NCBI RefSeq assembly: GCF_000237865.1
Contig: NC_017459.1
Span: 630,001-662,000 of the forward strand
DNA: 32,000 nucleotides
Direction of reading: 5' to 3'
Source: Haloquadratum walsbyi C23
GTDB lineage: Archaea; Halobacteriota; Halobacteria; Halobacteriales; Haloferacaceae
A model generated the notes under the pieces. It had not been told where the DNA came from. It ran no database searches and saw only the letters and a program-made list of their open reading frames with translations. The position numbers and the translations under genes were made by a program. Shown in pieces: positions 1-9,485 of the stretch (its first letter is position 1; every line of letters begins with the position of its first letter).

Positions 1-1
1 T

Positions 2-709
2 GTAACGGTTCTCGATGATGTCGGTCTCAGTGGTGACTCAACAACACAATGGTATGAAACACTCTCAGGGGGACAGCAACGCCGTGTTTGTGTTGCAATC
101 GCATTGATTAATGATCCTGCAGTTTTATTCTTAGACGAACCGACGACCGGCATTGATCCTGCGGGTCGTCGCTCCCTCTGGTCACTTCTTGAAACACTCG
201 CCGCTGGTGGGACGACTGTCTTCCTCACAAGTCATTCAATGACGGAAGTTGAGCGACTTGCCGACCGTGTTGGGTTTTTGAATGACGGTCAATTGCTGAC
301 TATCGGTGACCCACAATCGCTTATTGACACCCATGCTGGAGAAAACAAACTTATCATTGAGACCGAAACTGCGCTTGATTCAACAGCATTTTCATCACTG
401 TCATTTGACATTCAAACCAGTGTATCAGGCACTCGTACAGTCGTCAAATCGGTTGGTCCCCGTGATATCGGTGATATTATTGATGCAGTTGATATGACCA
501 CCGTGACTGTTGAATCGCTCACGTGGAAGCAGCCTGATCTTGAGGATGTTTATCTTGCATTGGCTGGTGAGACACTCAACCCGAGTAGAACCACTAAGAC
601 ATCAAACTCAAATGAGGATACTGCTCCCCGTATTGACGATGTCAATACTGGTGGAAATGTTATGTCACAGACTGCTATTACAACAACCACAGAGGAGTCA
701 GATCAATGA
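2..709 (+). CDS. ABC transporter ATP-binding protein, ABC-2/drug-exporter type. 5' end is truncated by the window edge.
   Basis: The frame stays open from position 2. Translation reads ...LSGGQQRRVCVAIALINDPAVLFLDEPTTGIDP...LTSHSM, which gives the ABC signature, Walker B and H-loop. The stop overlaps the permease start (ATGA at 706-709). Confidence 0.9.
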   Translation, partial: VTVLDDVGLSGDSTTQWYETLSGGQQRRVCVAIALINDPAVLFLDEPTTGIDPAGRRSLWSLLETLAAGGTTVFLTSHSMTEVERLADRVGFLNDGQLLTIGDPQSLIDTHAGENKLIIETETALDSTAFSSLSFDIQTSVSGTRTVVKSVGPRDIGDIIDAVDMTTVTVESLTWKQPDLEDVYLALAGETLNPSRTTKTSNSNEDTAPRIDDVNTGGNVMSQTAITTTTEESDQ

Positions 710-1467
710 CCCGTCATAGTCGTATTCGTGCTGAATTTACAGCTGCGTGGCATGCGTTTCTTCGCCGACGGACAGCAGTATTTTTCACCTTCTTCTTTCC
801 AGCAATCATCGTCGTTATATTCGGTGCACTGGTGCAAACACAACCGACAGGTGGTGGTCTTTTTGCTGAGCCTCGAGCATATTATATTGCCGGGTATCTC
901 TCCGTTGTCGTGCTATTCACGCCATTATCTCGTGTTGGCAGTACTGTTGCTCGATATCGCAGTGGAAGCCGATTTGAGAAACTTGCAACAACACCATTAT
1001 CACGTGGTGAATGGCTTCTTGCACAATCACTTGTCAATGTGGTTGTTATCGGTATCGCCGCCGGATTACTACTAATCTTATCCGTGCTTGTGACCAATAC
1101 GACACTTCCACTGAATCTTACAACATTATTCATTATTCCATTTATTATTCTTGGTGTTGTATTGTTTTGTGGAGTCGGTGCAATTATTGGTCGTGTTGCA
1201 GGTTCTCAAGATGGGGTCATTGCTGCGTCGAACGCTATTGCACTTCCATTATTATTCCTTTCTGAGACATTTGTCACCCCATCGCTCCTTCCGGTCTGGT
1301 TTCGCCCTGTATTAGGTCTATCCCCACTCACATATATCGCTCGAGGCATTCGATCAGTGACATATCTAGAGGCAACAACAGCCCCACTGGGCAACCTCGG
1401 TGTTGTCACGGTGATTGCGATCATCGCGTTCCTTGCTGGCACAAGAGCCGTCCCACAGACTGATTGA
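706..1467 (+). CDS. ABC-2 type transporter permease
   Basis: 253-aa hydrophobic protein with about 6 predicted TM segments. It is translationally coupled to the upstream ATPase, the typical ABC-2 arrangement. Confidence 0.8.
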   Translation: MTRHSRIRAEFTAAWHAFLRRRTAVFFTFFFPAIIVVIFGALVQTQPTGGGLFAEPRAYYIAGYLSVVVLFTPLSRVGSTVARYRSGSRFEKLATTPLSRGEWLLAQSLVNVVVIGIAAGLLLILSVLVTNTTLPLNLTTLFIIPFIILGVVLFCGVGAIIGRVAGSQDGVIAASNAIALPLLFLSETFVTPSLLPVWFRPVLGLSPLTYIARGIRSVTYLEATTAPLGNLGVVTVIAIIAFLAGTRAVPQTD

Positions 1468-1564
1468 TATCGATATCAACTCATGTTAGCGATCGAGAAA
1501 TCGATGTATGATTAAGTTGGGACAACATTCAGTATATCCCCGACATCAATATTGATTGCACGAG

Positions 1565-2239
1565 ATGACTACTAATATATCGAGCGTCTTCGATCAACTG
1601 ATAGACAGTGGTGTCGTTGCTGTTATGCGAGGTGCGGATGCGGATACGATTATTGACGTTGCAACAGCGCTTCATGACGGTGGTGTGACTGCATATGAAA
1701 TAACTGCTGACAACGCTAATGCAGCTGCCCTTATCAGTGAGGTCCGTGCATCGTTTCGCGATTCAGAGGCCATTGTTGGGGCTGGCACTGTACTTGATTC
1801 GCCGACAGCTCAAGAGATGATAACAAGCGGTGCTGAATTCATTGTTGGACCAACTTTTGATCCTGATATTCTCGAAATATGCAATCGACATGGCACGCTC
1901 GTTGCGCCGGGTATCCTCTCCCCGACAGAGGCGCTTAATGCATACGAGGCTGGTGCGGACCTTCTGAAGGTATTCCCAGCGGCGACAGTTGGACCAACAC
2001 ATCTTTCAAGCATTGCTGGACCACTTCCACATCTTCCGTTGATGCCGACAGGAGGAATCAATATTGACAATGTTGCAGACTATATTGAGGCTGGTGCAGC
2101 AGTCGTCGGGGCTGGCGGTGCACTTATGAATACGGATGCGATTGCTGCCGGAGATTTTGAGTCAATCACTGAAACAGCCGAAATGTTCACACAGGAAATT
2201 GAAACTGCTCGCATGCGCAATTCCTCTTCTTCATCATAA
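1565..2239 (+). CDS. kdgA: 2-dehydro-3-deoxy-phosphogluconate (KDPG)/KHG aldolase, Eda family
   Basis: VVAVMRGADADT...GGVTAYEIT...GAGTVLD...GAEFIVGP...PGILSPTE...GADLLKVFPA matches the class I Eda aldolase pattern, including the KxFPA Schiff-base lysine. I prefer the ATG at 1565 over the TTG at 1556 listed in the ORF track. Confidence 0.85.
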   Translation: MTTNISSVFDQLIDSGVVAVMRGADADTIIDVATALHDGGVTAYEITADNANAAALISEVRASFRDSEAIVGAGTVLDSPTAQEMITSGAEFIVGPTFDPDILEICNRHGTLVAPGILSPTEALNAYEAGADLLKVFPAATVGPTHLSSIAGPLPHLPLMPTGGINIDNVADYIEAGAAVVGAGGALMNTDAIAAGDFESITETAEMFTQEIETARMRNSSSSS

Positions 2240-2472
2240 TATTCCTCGTGGAACACACGACTCCATTTGTTGAACCACAATTAGGGTACTGCTTTGACAC
2301 GCACAGCCTGTTCGATTAATTAAAACACTCTGTCCTCATGATTGAACACGTATCGATGCCGTTGTTTCTTTCATCTGAGACGATGGCACCGATTGGTGAA
2401 TTCACTCGATTGCTCATAAACTCGTCTAGTAAATGTGATGATAATATCGGGATGGCTTCCGATTAGTACAAA

Positions 2473-4377
2473 CTATTCTGACTCTTCACTAGACCCACTC
2501 TCAGGATTACTGATATCGTTGGTTTCATTCTCACTTCTCCGTGTCTCTTCAGTGCCGTCGTCATCGCCACCATAATCATCGTTGTGATTATGATTATCTA
2601 CTAGCTGATCATTATCGTGCGTAGTTGAATTATCATCTGTATCAGTCACCTGGCTTTTTGACCCACCATTGTCACTCTCAGTCGTGACTATCGTGTCTTT
2701 ATTATTCGCGACTGTATCTGACGATGATTTTGACGATGATTTTGACGATGATACACCTGTGGTAGACATTGACCCAAGCCGATCCTTTCGAGCATGGATC
2801 GCCCGCTGAAGACGCGTTTCGAGTTCTGTCCGAAGTGTCGTCGCACGCTGAGCACTGATATCGACCGCCTGCGCGTCACTTCCACCAAGTGACCGTGACC
2901 CAGCAGTATCAGCTATAATCGTTGCCAATCCAAGTCGTCGCTGAAATACAGTTCGTGTATCAATAACAGTCTGTATCCGATATAACGGCACAATCCGAGT
3001 CTCTCGTGTGAATACGCCATTTCGTGTGACAAAGTAGTCTTCACTGATCCAATGACCTCGATGACGCCACAATGCAATGGCGATAATCCCTCCAACCGGA
3101 AGCAAGCCAATCGCAACCCACCACGGGAACGTAATTGACATGACAGTACTAATTGTATATAATCCAATAATAACAGCACCAACAATGAGTCCGGCACGCA
3201 CAAGATATCGTCGTCGCGCACGCTTTGGTGGACGCCGTAACTCAATTGTGTCAACGGGCTCGATTCGCTTGATTAATTCATCTATTCGATCCCGCTGTGC
3301 AAGCGGGACTGCGACCTCTGACCCTCGACCTCCACTCCCACTTTGTCCAGGTGCATATCCTGCTGTTTCTACATACAGTGTTGCGTATCCAAAGTATCGC
3401 TTGAGCGGATCATCTTCGACTGTGAGTGTCTGGATTTTTTCAAATGGAATCGAACCATCGTAGCGCTGAAAAAGTCCTCGTTCATACCGCAATTCTCCTC
3501 TCGTTTCAGTTAGCCGAAATCCATAATATGATGTCACGGCTGAGGCGGCACCAACCAGCCACGAAAGAACAACAACCCCAATTAAGACAGGTAAAAGCCC
3601 CAGCAAAGCATTAACACCACCAGTTAATACTGATGGTCCGCCAATGACTGTGAGCAATGACCTGAGCGGACTCGCGGCTGGGACAAGCCCCGTCAAAATG
3701 GGACCAAGTGTTGAAAGCCCAGCAACAAGTAATCCAGGTACTCGAAGGTCAATCGAGAAGAACCCAACAAGTGCTAACTCACCATCATCGAGCACAAATA
3801 GCTCGTTTACTGTGCGATCTGGTGAACCACCGCTGGTTTCATCCTTATTACCAGTTGGATCACGTTCGGTTGAGTCTACTGTCTCTGATGTGCGCGTATC
3901 ACTGTTATCATGCTTTCGCCGTCCAACCTCACGTTGCAGCCGTTTTGCCTCCTCTGCTGAGACAAATCGCAAGGTCGCCTCCGTAGACTCACCACCTGCT
4001 GTTTCAAATGAAACAACGGCAATATTGAGACCTCGTTGGATAATATTCCGAGAGATATCAACATTCTGGATTCGACGAAGCGGTATCTCACGATTCCGTC
4101 GAGAGAGAACCCCTGAATCGATATCAAGACTATCAGTCGTCAGCTTATATTGAAATCGTCTAACATAAGCAGTCTCATATCCGACGAAGATAAGTACAAT
4201 CGCGACTGCAATCACACCGATAAAAGTCGAGTCAACAACACCAATTACGGGAAGTTCAGGGAGCGCACCTCCTTGACCACTCAGCACGAATATAAGTGCG
4301 AACGCTATACTCCCGCTACGTTGGAGGATGCGATACGGAATTGACACCGGTGAAAGTGTCCGTATCTGGGTCATCAC
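2473..4377 (-). CDS. YdbT-like membrane protein with repeated bacterial-PH (bPH_2/DUF304) modules and an acidic low-complexity C-terminal tail
   Basis: There are three repeats of TM hairpin plus ...I/VPLxRIQxV... (REIPLRRIQNVDISRN, GSIPFEKIQTLTVEDDP, RIVPLYRIQTVIDTR). Its start overlaps the stop of the upstream YdbS-like gene (TGATG). Confidence 0.75.
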   Translation of the reverse strand: MMTQIRTLSPVSIPYRILQRSGSIAFALIFVLSGQGGALPELPVIGVVDSTFIGVIAVAIVLIFVGYETAYVRRFQYKLTTDSLDIDSGVLSRRNREIPLRRIQNVDISRNIIQRGLNIAVVSFETAGGESTEATLRFVSAEEAKRLQREVGRRKHDNSDTRTSETVDSTERDPTGNKDETSGGSPDRTVNELFVLDDGELALVGFFSIDLRVPGLLVAGLSTLGPILTGLVPAASPLRSLLTVIGGPSVLTGGVNALLGLLPVLIGVVVLSWLVGAASAVTSYYGFRLTETRGELRYERGLFQRYDGSIPFEKIQTLTVEDDPLKRYFGYATLYVETAGYAPGQSGSGGRGSEVAVPLAQRDRIDELIKRIEPVDTIELRRPPKRARRRYLVRAGLIVGAVIIGLYTISTVMSITFPWWVAIGLLPVGGIIAIALWRHRGHWISEDYFVTRNGVFTRETRIVPLYRIQTVIDTRTVFQRRLGLATIIADTAGSRSLGGSDAQAVDISAQRATTLRTELETRLQRAIHARKDRLGSMSTTGVSSSKSSSKSSSDTVANNKDTIVTTESDNGGSKSQVTDTDDNSTTHDNDQLVDNHNHNDDYGGDDDGTEETRRSENETNDISNPESGSSEESE

Positions 4378-4844
4378 TACACCGCGTCCTCACTTTCTGA
4401 TTGGATTGCCAGCTCTCGAAGACGTTCGCGAAGCTCATTCGCGTTTGTCCGGCTGAGACCTGGAACAGAAACATCAGCCCCCCGCGACCCAGCAGTATAT
4501 ACAACAGTGCTTGCTAAGCCACTAAACCGTTCAACCGGGGATCGCGCAGTATCGACGTGTTGAATCCGAACAAATGGGACCACCGTTCGAACACGTGTGA
4601 GAACGCCTCTTTCAAGATAAATCGAATCTGCTCTGATTTCATATCGCCAAATCCGATATCGAGCGACCGCAAATATGACTCCAAGTCCCCCGACGATGAC
4701 GAATGTGACTCCTGGTGCCCAAACAGGCAATACAGAGAGACTAAATAACCACCGTGCGCCAGCAGTGACCCCACTGAGTAGTGCTGCAATTGCCATAGCT
4801 CGACCAATCCATAGAAACCGAATCCGAGGGTTAAGTTGATTCAT
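4377..4844 (-). CDS. YdbS-like membrane PH-domain (bPH_2) protein
   Basis: 155 aa with two N-terminal TM helices followed by ...RTVVPFVRIQHVDTARSPVERFSGLASTVVYTAG, the bPH_2 core. It is coupled to the YdbT-like gene. Confidence 0.75.
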   Translation of the reverse strand: MNQLNPRIRFLWIGRAMAIAALLSGVTAGARWLFSLSVLPVWAPGVTFVIVGGLGVIFAVARYRIWRYEIRADSIYLERGVLTRVRTVVPFVRIQHVDTARSPVERFSGLASTVVYTAGSRGADVSVPGLSRTNANELRERLRELAIQSESEDAV

Positions 4845-4958
4845 TGAGATACGACGATATTGATACTAACTAGCGGTCGATACACACTCATGGATGTTTT
4901 CTATAGATACGATATGACTACATAAATATCGTCCAGTCTGAGCCTCTGTTAACTATAT

Positions 4959-5942
4959 CTATATTGAATCTGATGATGCTGTTTGCTCAGTATTGGCAAT
5001 ATTTGCTTGTGTCCGCTGAAGCATTCGCTTGATTGTTGCCAGTGCTTGAAATACCGGTCGCGTATTTGGACAATCCTGATACAATGTCTCTGACACTGTC
5101 CCGTGTGTCGATCCAAGCATCCGACGGTGTTGATCAAGAACGACCTGTCTGTTCGTAATGGCATCATCAATCTGCGACATCAAAAAATCGAGACGCTGAC
5201 ATGTTTTTTGATAACCAGCAGACGACCGAGTCGTTGGAACCGTATCACGAATGCGCATGAGAATTGGAAGAACTTCATCTGCAATCGCACGTGTTGCATC
5301 AATCGCATTGACTTCGGCATTAAGACGAGTTATCCATACGTGCCGATTGGCAATCGAAGCTGTTGAGCCAGCAATAAGCTGATCACAGATAGCTGGGGTG
5401 AATACAGTGTTCATCAATAATGACTGTGTCACCGTTGAACCAAATTCTGCGGTGAGATGCATCGGAACCGACATTACAGTTGTATCTGCATGTGGAGTTG
5501 AGAGAACTGTATTATCGTATAAATCACAGACATCATCTCTCGTTTCAATCGACTGTGCCTGTGACTGAGTAACCATTTCTGGGGAGAAAAACATCGTATT
5601 CTGATTGAACTCATGCCATAGTCTCTGGTCGTGTTGATGGAGATGCATCGACTCACAGTGCATAGTGTCAAGAGCGATATCGATGTGATCCTCTATCTCT
5701 GTATATGCACCAATACTGTCATCGTTTGTCTCATTTTGAGTTGTCCCCACGCTTGTGTCAATAGTAGTATCGGTTCTTATTCTGTGATCTGTGTCTATGG
5801 TATTCAAACACCGATTTGGACCATCCACATGCAGAGTGAGCCGGAACGTGCAAAATGCATCCCCCTCATCTGTGACTCGACGACGAGCGTGTCTTGTGAC
5901 CTGTCTTGCTATTTCAAGCGCTGATGATGCCACAGACATCAT
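4959..5942 (-). CDS. Hypothetical protein (327 aa), acidic, Thr/His-rich, no TM segment
   Basis: Long ORF with halophile-type composition and helical N- and C-terminal regions. I recognise no catalytic motif. It lies just upstream of the YdbS/YdbT pair on the same strand. Confidence 0.6.
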   Translation of the reverse strand: MMSVASSALEIARQVTRHARRRVTDEGDAFCTFRLTLHVDGPNRCLNTIDTDHRIRTDTTIDTSVGTTQNETNDDSIGAYTEIEDHIDIALDTMHCESMHLHQHDQRLWHEFNQNTMFFSPEMVTQSQAQSIETRDDVCDLYDNTVLSTPHADTTVMSVPMHLTAEFGSTVTQSLLMNTVFTPAICDQLIAGSTASIANRHVWITRLNAEVNAIDATRAIADEVLPILMRIRDTVPTTRSSAGYQKTCQRLDFLMSQIDDAITNRQVVLDQHRRMLGSTHGTVSETLYQDCPNTRPVFQALATIKRMLQRTQANIANTEQTASSDSI

Positions 5943-6120
5943 TAATTGTCAGCTTGTCTTATCATAATAAAATATCGAATAAATTATAATTTTGACAATA
6001 TACGTCTTACTACGGGTATATACTCTTAATTATATCTCGCCACCCAGTTGGAATTCGGTCATTCATCAACAGCAGCACTATCCGGCGCATCTAGAATATG
6101 TGTAAGATGCAAAAACACAG

Positions 6121-6576
6121 TTATATAATCATATTCGCTGTAAGCAGTCCAATATCAACGAGTAGCAGGATACTTACTCCAGTCGCTAACTGAAAGCTCC
6201 GACGAGACGCAGCGACCGGTGCGCGAACACGTTTTGCTTGAAGTCCACTCACAAGCTTCCGACGACCAATTTCAACGAATATAGCAAATATAACCCACAT
6301 CAGTAGTGCTGCGAGTATGAGATTACCATTTGCTGTGTTGAGTAGTGATTCAGTCGTATATGTTGTCCCGGTTAGATACCCACCGGTAAGAGTCGTCAAG
6401 ACCACGCCACTACGAGAGAGAGCCATCAACCGTCCAACAATCCGCTCCAGCGGAGTCGCATCAATATCACCTGTTGCAGCAGTTGGAAGGATTACTACGG
6501 TCATGCATGTGATACTTCCAACCCATATTGCACCTGCCACAGTATGAATAATTACCATTGCTATATTGACCACCAT
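6121..6576 (-). CDS. Small integral membrane protein (about 4 TM helices), function unknown
   Basis: 151-aa hydrophobic ORF with an ATG start at 6576 and an AT-rich promoter-like spacer upstream. Confidence 0.65.
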   Translation of the reverse strand: MVVNIAMVIIHTVAGAIWVGSITCMTVVILPTAATGDIDATPLERIVGRLMALSRSGVVLTTLTGGYLTGTTYTTESLLNTANGNLILAALLMWVIFAIFVEIGRRKLVSGLQAKRVRAPVAASRRSFQLATGVSILLLVDIGLLTANMII

Positions 6577-6772
6577 GATGACAATTTATCCGAAATGAAC
6601 GGTATTTTTCTTATCGGTATGACCTCGAAACATCAAGATGAGTGCGAGTACAAGTACATCATATAGTGTTGCTTACACCGATATAAAATATAAGATAATA
6701 ATCATTACGGATGTTTCCACACTGTCAAGCGCGGTAATTAAATAAGATAGCGAATTCGAAATTGAAAGGGGC

Positions 6773-7558
6773 TTATTCTTTTGATGAGTTACCAATCGAC
6801 TGGATCCACCCTGCTGTTACATCAATATCCGATGCATAATGAACAATCGGACCGTCACTTGGTGGTTCAAATCCATTTGCAGTAAATAATGTATTCTCTT
6901 TGATTTTGATATGACCCTCTGCTATCTTCCAGGGCGAATGACGGATTGTCCCGCGATAAAGTGTTCGTCCATCCGTATAAAATTGATAATTTTCCGTGAG
7001 AAACGCAGTTAATGATCCTGTGGTCGGTTGTACGTAATTTGCTCCGTCAACCGGTCCATAAGTTGCCTCAAAACGTGCTGGTGCGACAGTATCTCGCGTT
7101 CGTTTGCTTGTGATATGGATTGTTTTATTCTTACCCTCACTAGCAGCGTTACGGGTCAATTCCATCTTCGCATGATAGTACGGTAGTTTGAAACCTCGTC
7201 GCGCAATCTCAACTCCGATTGTATCATCAGCATCAAGATTGAAGAAATATACACCACGTGTTTGTGACCCCGGTTGACGGACGTATGTCCGCAGATTTAA
7301 TTCGGGGAATGATCGACCAATAGGCGATCCACGAGGTCTGATATCAGCCATCTCGAAGGGGACGATACCAAGAAAAGCATCGCCATTGTGGGTTGCAACA
7401 GTAACCTCTGATGGTAGTTGTTTTTCTACGACCTCTGGGTCGACACGCCAGTGCGCGAATAGAACGTCACGCCACTGCATCGTGAGTAAATCAGTCACAC
7501 CGTCGAATCCTTGACCAACCGCTGATACACGGTCACGGACGCGGTCTGCAAGAGACAT
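6773..7558 (-). CDS. DUF2071 (YqjF-like) family protein
   Basis: The N-terminal ...LTMQWRDVLFAHWRVDPEVVEKQLP... and ...ELNLRTYV... resemble the DUF2071 signature from memory. 261 aa is typical of the family. Confidence 0.7.
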   Translation of the reverse strand: MSLADRVRDRVSAVGQGFDGVTDLLTMQWRDVLFAHWRVDPEVVEKQLPSEVTVATHNGDAFLGIVPFEMADIRPRGSPIGRSFPELNLRTYVRQPGSQTRGVYFFNLDADDTIGVEIARRGFKLPYYHAKMELTRNAASEGKNKTIHITSKRTRDTVAPARFEATYGPVDGANYVQPTTGSLTAFLTENYQFYTDGRTLYRGTIRHSPWKIAEGHIKIKENTLFTANGFEPPSDGPIVHYASDIDVTAGWIQSIGNSSKE

Positions 7559-7760
7559 AATTACTCTACCGTCTGAGCATACTTGGTGGCACTGAATATG
7601 ATACAGGAATAGAGAACTCTATTATCAACAAGTGAGGGATTATAGAGCCCTGAATGTGGTAGGTCAGGATAGTTCAGATAGTAATGGTATCATAGTTCCT
7701 CAATTTTCAGCGCGCGTGAGTGCACACAAGATATATATTTGTCATCATGCTTCCTCCTGA

Positions 7761-7824
7761 CGGGCGGAAAACGCCAGCTGAGCCCTGCTCGTCGCCATAC
7801 CCATCGACGACAGGGATCCGCCCG
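7761..7824. repeat. GC-rich nested hairpin in an AT-rich divergent intergenic region
   Basis: Outer stem CGGGCGGA (7761-7768) pairs with TCCGCCCG (7817-7824). Inner stem CCCTG(C)TCGTCG (7783-7794) pairs with CGACGACAGGG (7805-7815) around a 10-nt loop. Confidence 0.6.
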
Positions 7825-7849
7825 GTTCTTATTAATATTTTATCAATAT

Positions 7850-7869
7850 GACACCGGCTTCGCCGTGTC
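7850..7869. repeat. Second short GC hairpin, 30-75 nt upstream of the next CDS
   Basis: GACAC(C)GGC ttc GCCGTGTC forms an 8-bp stem with one bulge and a 3-nt loop. Confidence 0.5.
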
Positions 7870-7944
7870 TGCTTGTCAATAATATAGGATATTTTATTAT
7901 TGTCTGACGAGAGTTTATTAGGACACGCACGAAATTCGCCAGGT

Positions 7945-8466
7945 ATGGACTCAAGTCATACTGCTACATCAGCCGATGAAAACGAGCGCACAGATCGCAA
8001 TCAAATAAATACCGTTGTTGATACAAGCGACTCGACAGCAGAACCATTATCGATTCGACTTCCGGACGGGAGTGAAAGCGTTTCTGAGGCTATTATCTCC
8101 CACCGACAGATGCTCACAAATCCTGGTGAATATGACCTCGCTTCAGCAGACACCGTTGCTGATATGCGCGAAACTATTGCTCGATTAACAGAGGACGTTC
8201 CACCAGGGCTCCGATCAGATCTCAAAACGCTTGAATCATCAGTTGAGAACGTCATCTCACAGCTAGAGCAGCAGCAACAACAAATCGAGGAACTGAGACA
8301 GGCAACGACATCTCTCGCCGAAATACTTGGTGCATCTGTTGAGTTTTCGACCGATATTGATTCTGCTGATGAGACCATAGAGACTGCTTCTTCATCAGAA
8401 TCCGACGTACAGACAGACATGGAGAGTGATACCGACCATACTCCTGACGTTGATATTAATCATTAG
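7945..8466 (+). CDS. Hypothetical highly acidic protein with a central coiled-coil/poly-Gln segment
   Basis: The ORF has halophile composition and contains ...LKTLESSVENVISQLEQQQQQIEELRQATTSL.... The ATG at 7945 is in frame with the listed TTG at 7900. Confidence 0.6.
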   Translation: MDSSHTATSADENERTDRNQINTVVDTSDSTAEPLSIRLPDGSESVSEAIISHRQMLTNPGEYDLASADTVADMRETIARLTEDVPPGLRSDLKTLESSVENVISQLEQQQQQIEELRQATTSLAEILGASVEFSTDIDSADETIETASSSESDVQTDMESDTDHTPDVDINH

Positions 8467-8729
8467 TACTGGTCATTCACATACACACATCTTATCTATC
8501 CCCTCGTTATCTTCCGGTAACATGTCGGTTCGACGCTAACACAACTTCTTACATGTTCTCACATCACGATGTTTGTACTATTTTTACCAACTCAAAGACA
8601 CCAATAAAAGTCGTATGAATAACGAGATCCCGTTTAGTGTGGAGTCCAGAACTCAACTTGGAATGACTGGTCAAAACCAGACTCAGGTCGAATAATATAA
8701 TTACCTGAATACTAATATAGGATTACGTG

Positions 8730-8951
8730 ATGCGCGTCCCAGACGACGTTCCGAATCAGTGTCCAGTCTGTGATGACGCATATGATTCCGTCTCAGCGCA
8801 TGATGCCGGACTCATGGTGAATCTTATTGAGAATGATCGCTATCAACGCGTCTGCTTCGACCCAGTACAGTCTGACACTGGAGACGCTCTTGTGTATTTT
8901 TATCACCATACTCATCAGGAAACTGGAACGAACACTCATGTTGGCGGTTGA
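8730..8951 (+). CDS. Small acidic protein with an N-terminal CPxC motif (small zinc-finger-like haloarchaeal protein)
   Basis: MRVPDDVPNQCPVCDDAYDS.... The ATG at 8730 lies one codon inside the listed GTG start. It has only one CxxC pair, so metal binding is uncertain. Confidence 0.5.
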   Translation: MRVPDDVPNQCPVCDDAYDSVSAHDAGLMVNLIENDRYQRVCFDPVQSDTGDALVYFYHHTHQETGTNTHVGG

Positions 8952-9180
8952 CACAGAATGTAACGAGTCTCACTGGAGTTAAACGCCAACAATACCGCCG
9001 ATATGATATTCGATAGTCTATGAACGCAGTGACATGCAGTCCTGTACACCGAGATTGAACTGGGACTATGGGATCACGGTCTGCTGCTCATGGTTCTGTC
9101 CGAGACCGGAAAGTCCCAGGCAAGTATATATAAGAATATTTCAGAGCATATTAAGCGACCGAAAATTATAGACTCACTCA

Positions 9181-9287
9181 TAGTGATTAGTGCAAGTCTT
9201 AAGCGCCGTGATTATCTGTGCCGTGATAGGAGCCGCTGAACCTGCGTCATTCGACACCGTCGGTGAAACTATTCGAATTAATCACTA
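9181..9287. mobile_element. MITE copy 1 (107 bp) with terminal inverted repeats and a 3-bp target-site duplication
   Basis: Termini are TAGTGATTA...TAATCACTA, flanked by tca (9178-9180) and tca (9288-9290). It is roughly 85% identical by hand alignment to the copy at 22343-22450. Confidence 0.8.
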
Positions 9288-9485
9288 TCAAACGAGTCTT
9301 GGATTGGGTCTATTTTCACTTAAATTAAACCGGATGCTTTCTGCCGTGTTCATGTTGGCGTGAACGTCGTGTCGGGCTCCTCAAAGATGTACAGGCTATC
9401 GACACCCAGTTTCGACACGATTAATGATCCCATTCGATATTCGTCAGTCGACAGTATATTATAGCCACACTGTAGTCCTTCGTTC

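Noticed and set aside
3644-4153. Long antisense or alternative-frame ORFs inside well-supported genes. Examples are 3644..4153, 3077..3463, 8001..8420, 13752..14150, 17160..17525, 18253..18564, 25454..25993, 27766..28164, 28231..28638, 28672..29073 and 30678..31064.
   Set aside because: They overlap CDSs with clear family motifs. Their translations are Ser/Arg/Pro-rich or basic, unlike the acidic proteome, and so look like typical shadow ORFs.
7674-7748. A possible C/D-box sRNA on the minus strand: AUGAUGA ... CUGA ... UGAUAC ... CUGA.
   Set aside because: The C-to-D' spacer is 31 nt instead of about 12 nt, the C' box is degenerate and the spacings do not fit archaeal C/D sRNAs.
9061-9118. 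A hairpin, TGGGACT...CGGTCT...AGACCG...AGTCCCA, that contains an exact GGAAAGTCC (9108-9116), the RNase P CR-I core. It lies in the spacer upstream of srp19, so I also considered SRP RNA.
   Set aside because: The sequence after the motif is AT-rich and has none of the downstream RNase P or SRP RNA conserved elements. A single 9-mer has a substantial chance of occurring in 64 kb of two-strand sequence. It is probably just a local stem-loop downstream of the 8730..8951 gene.
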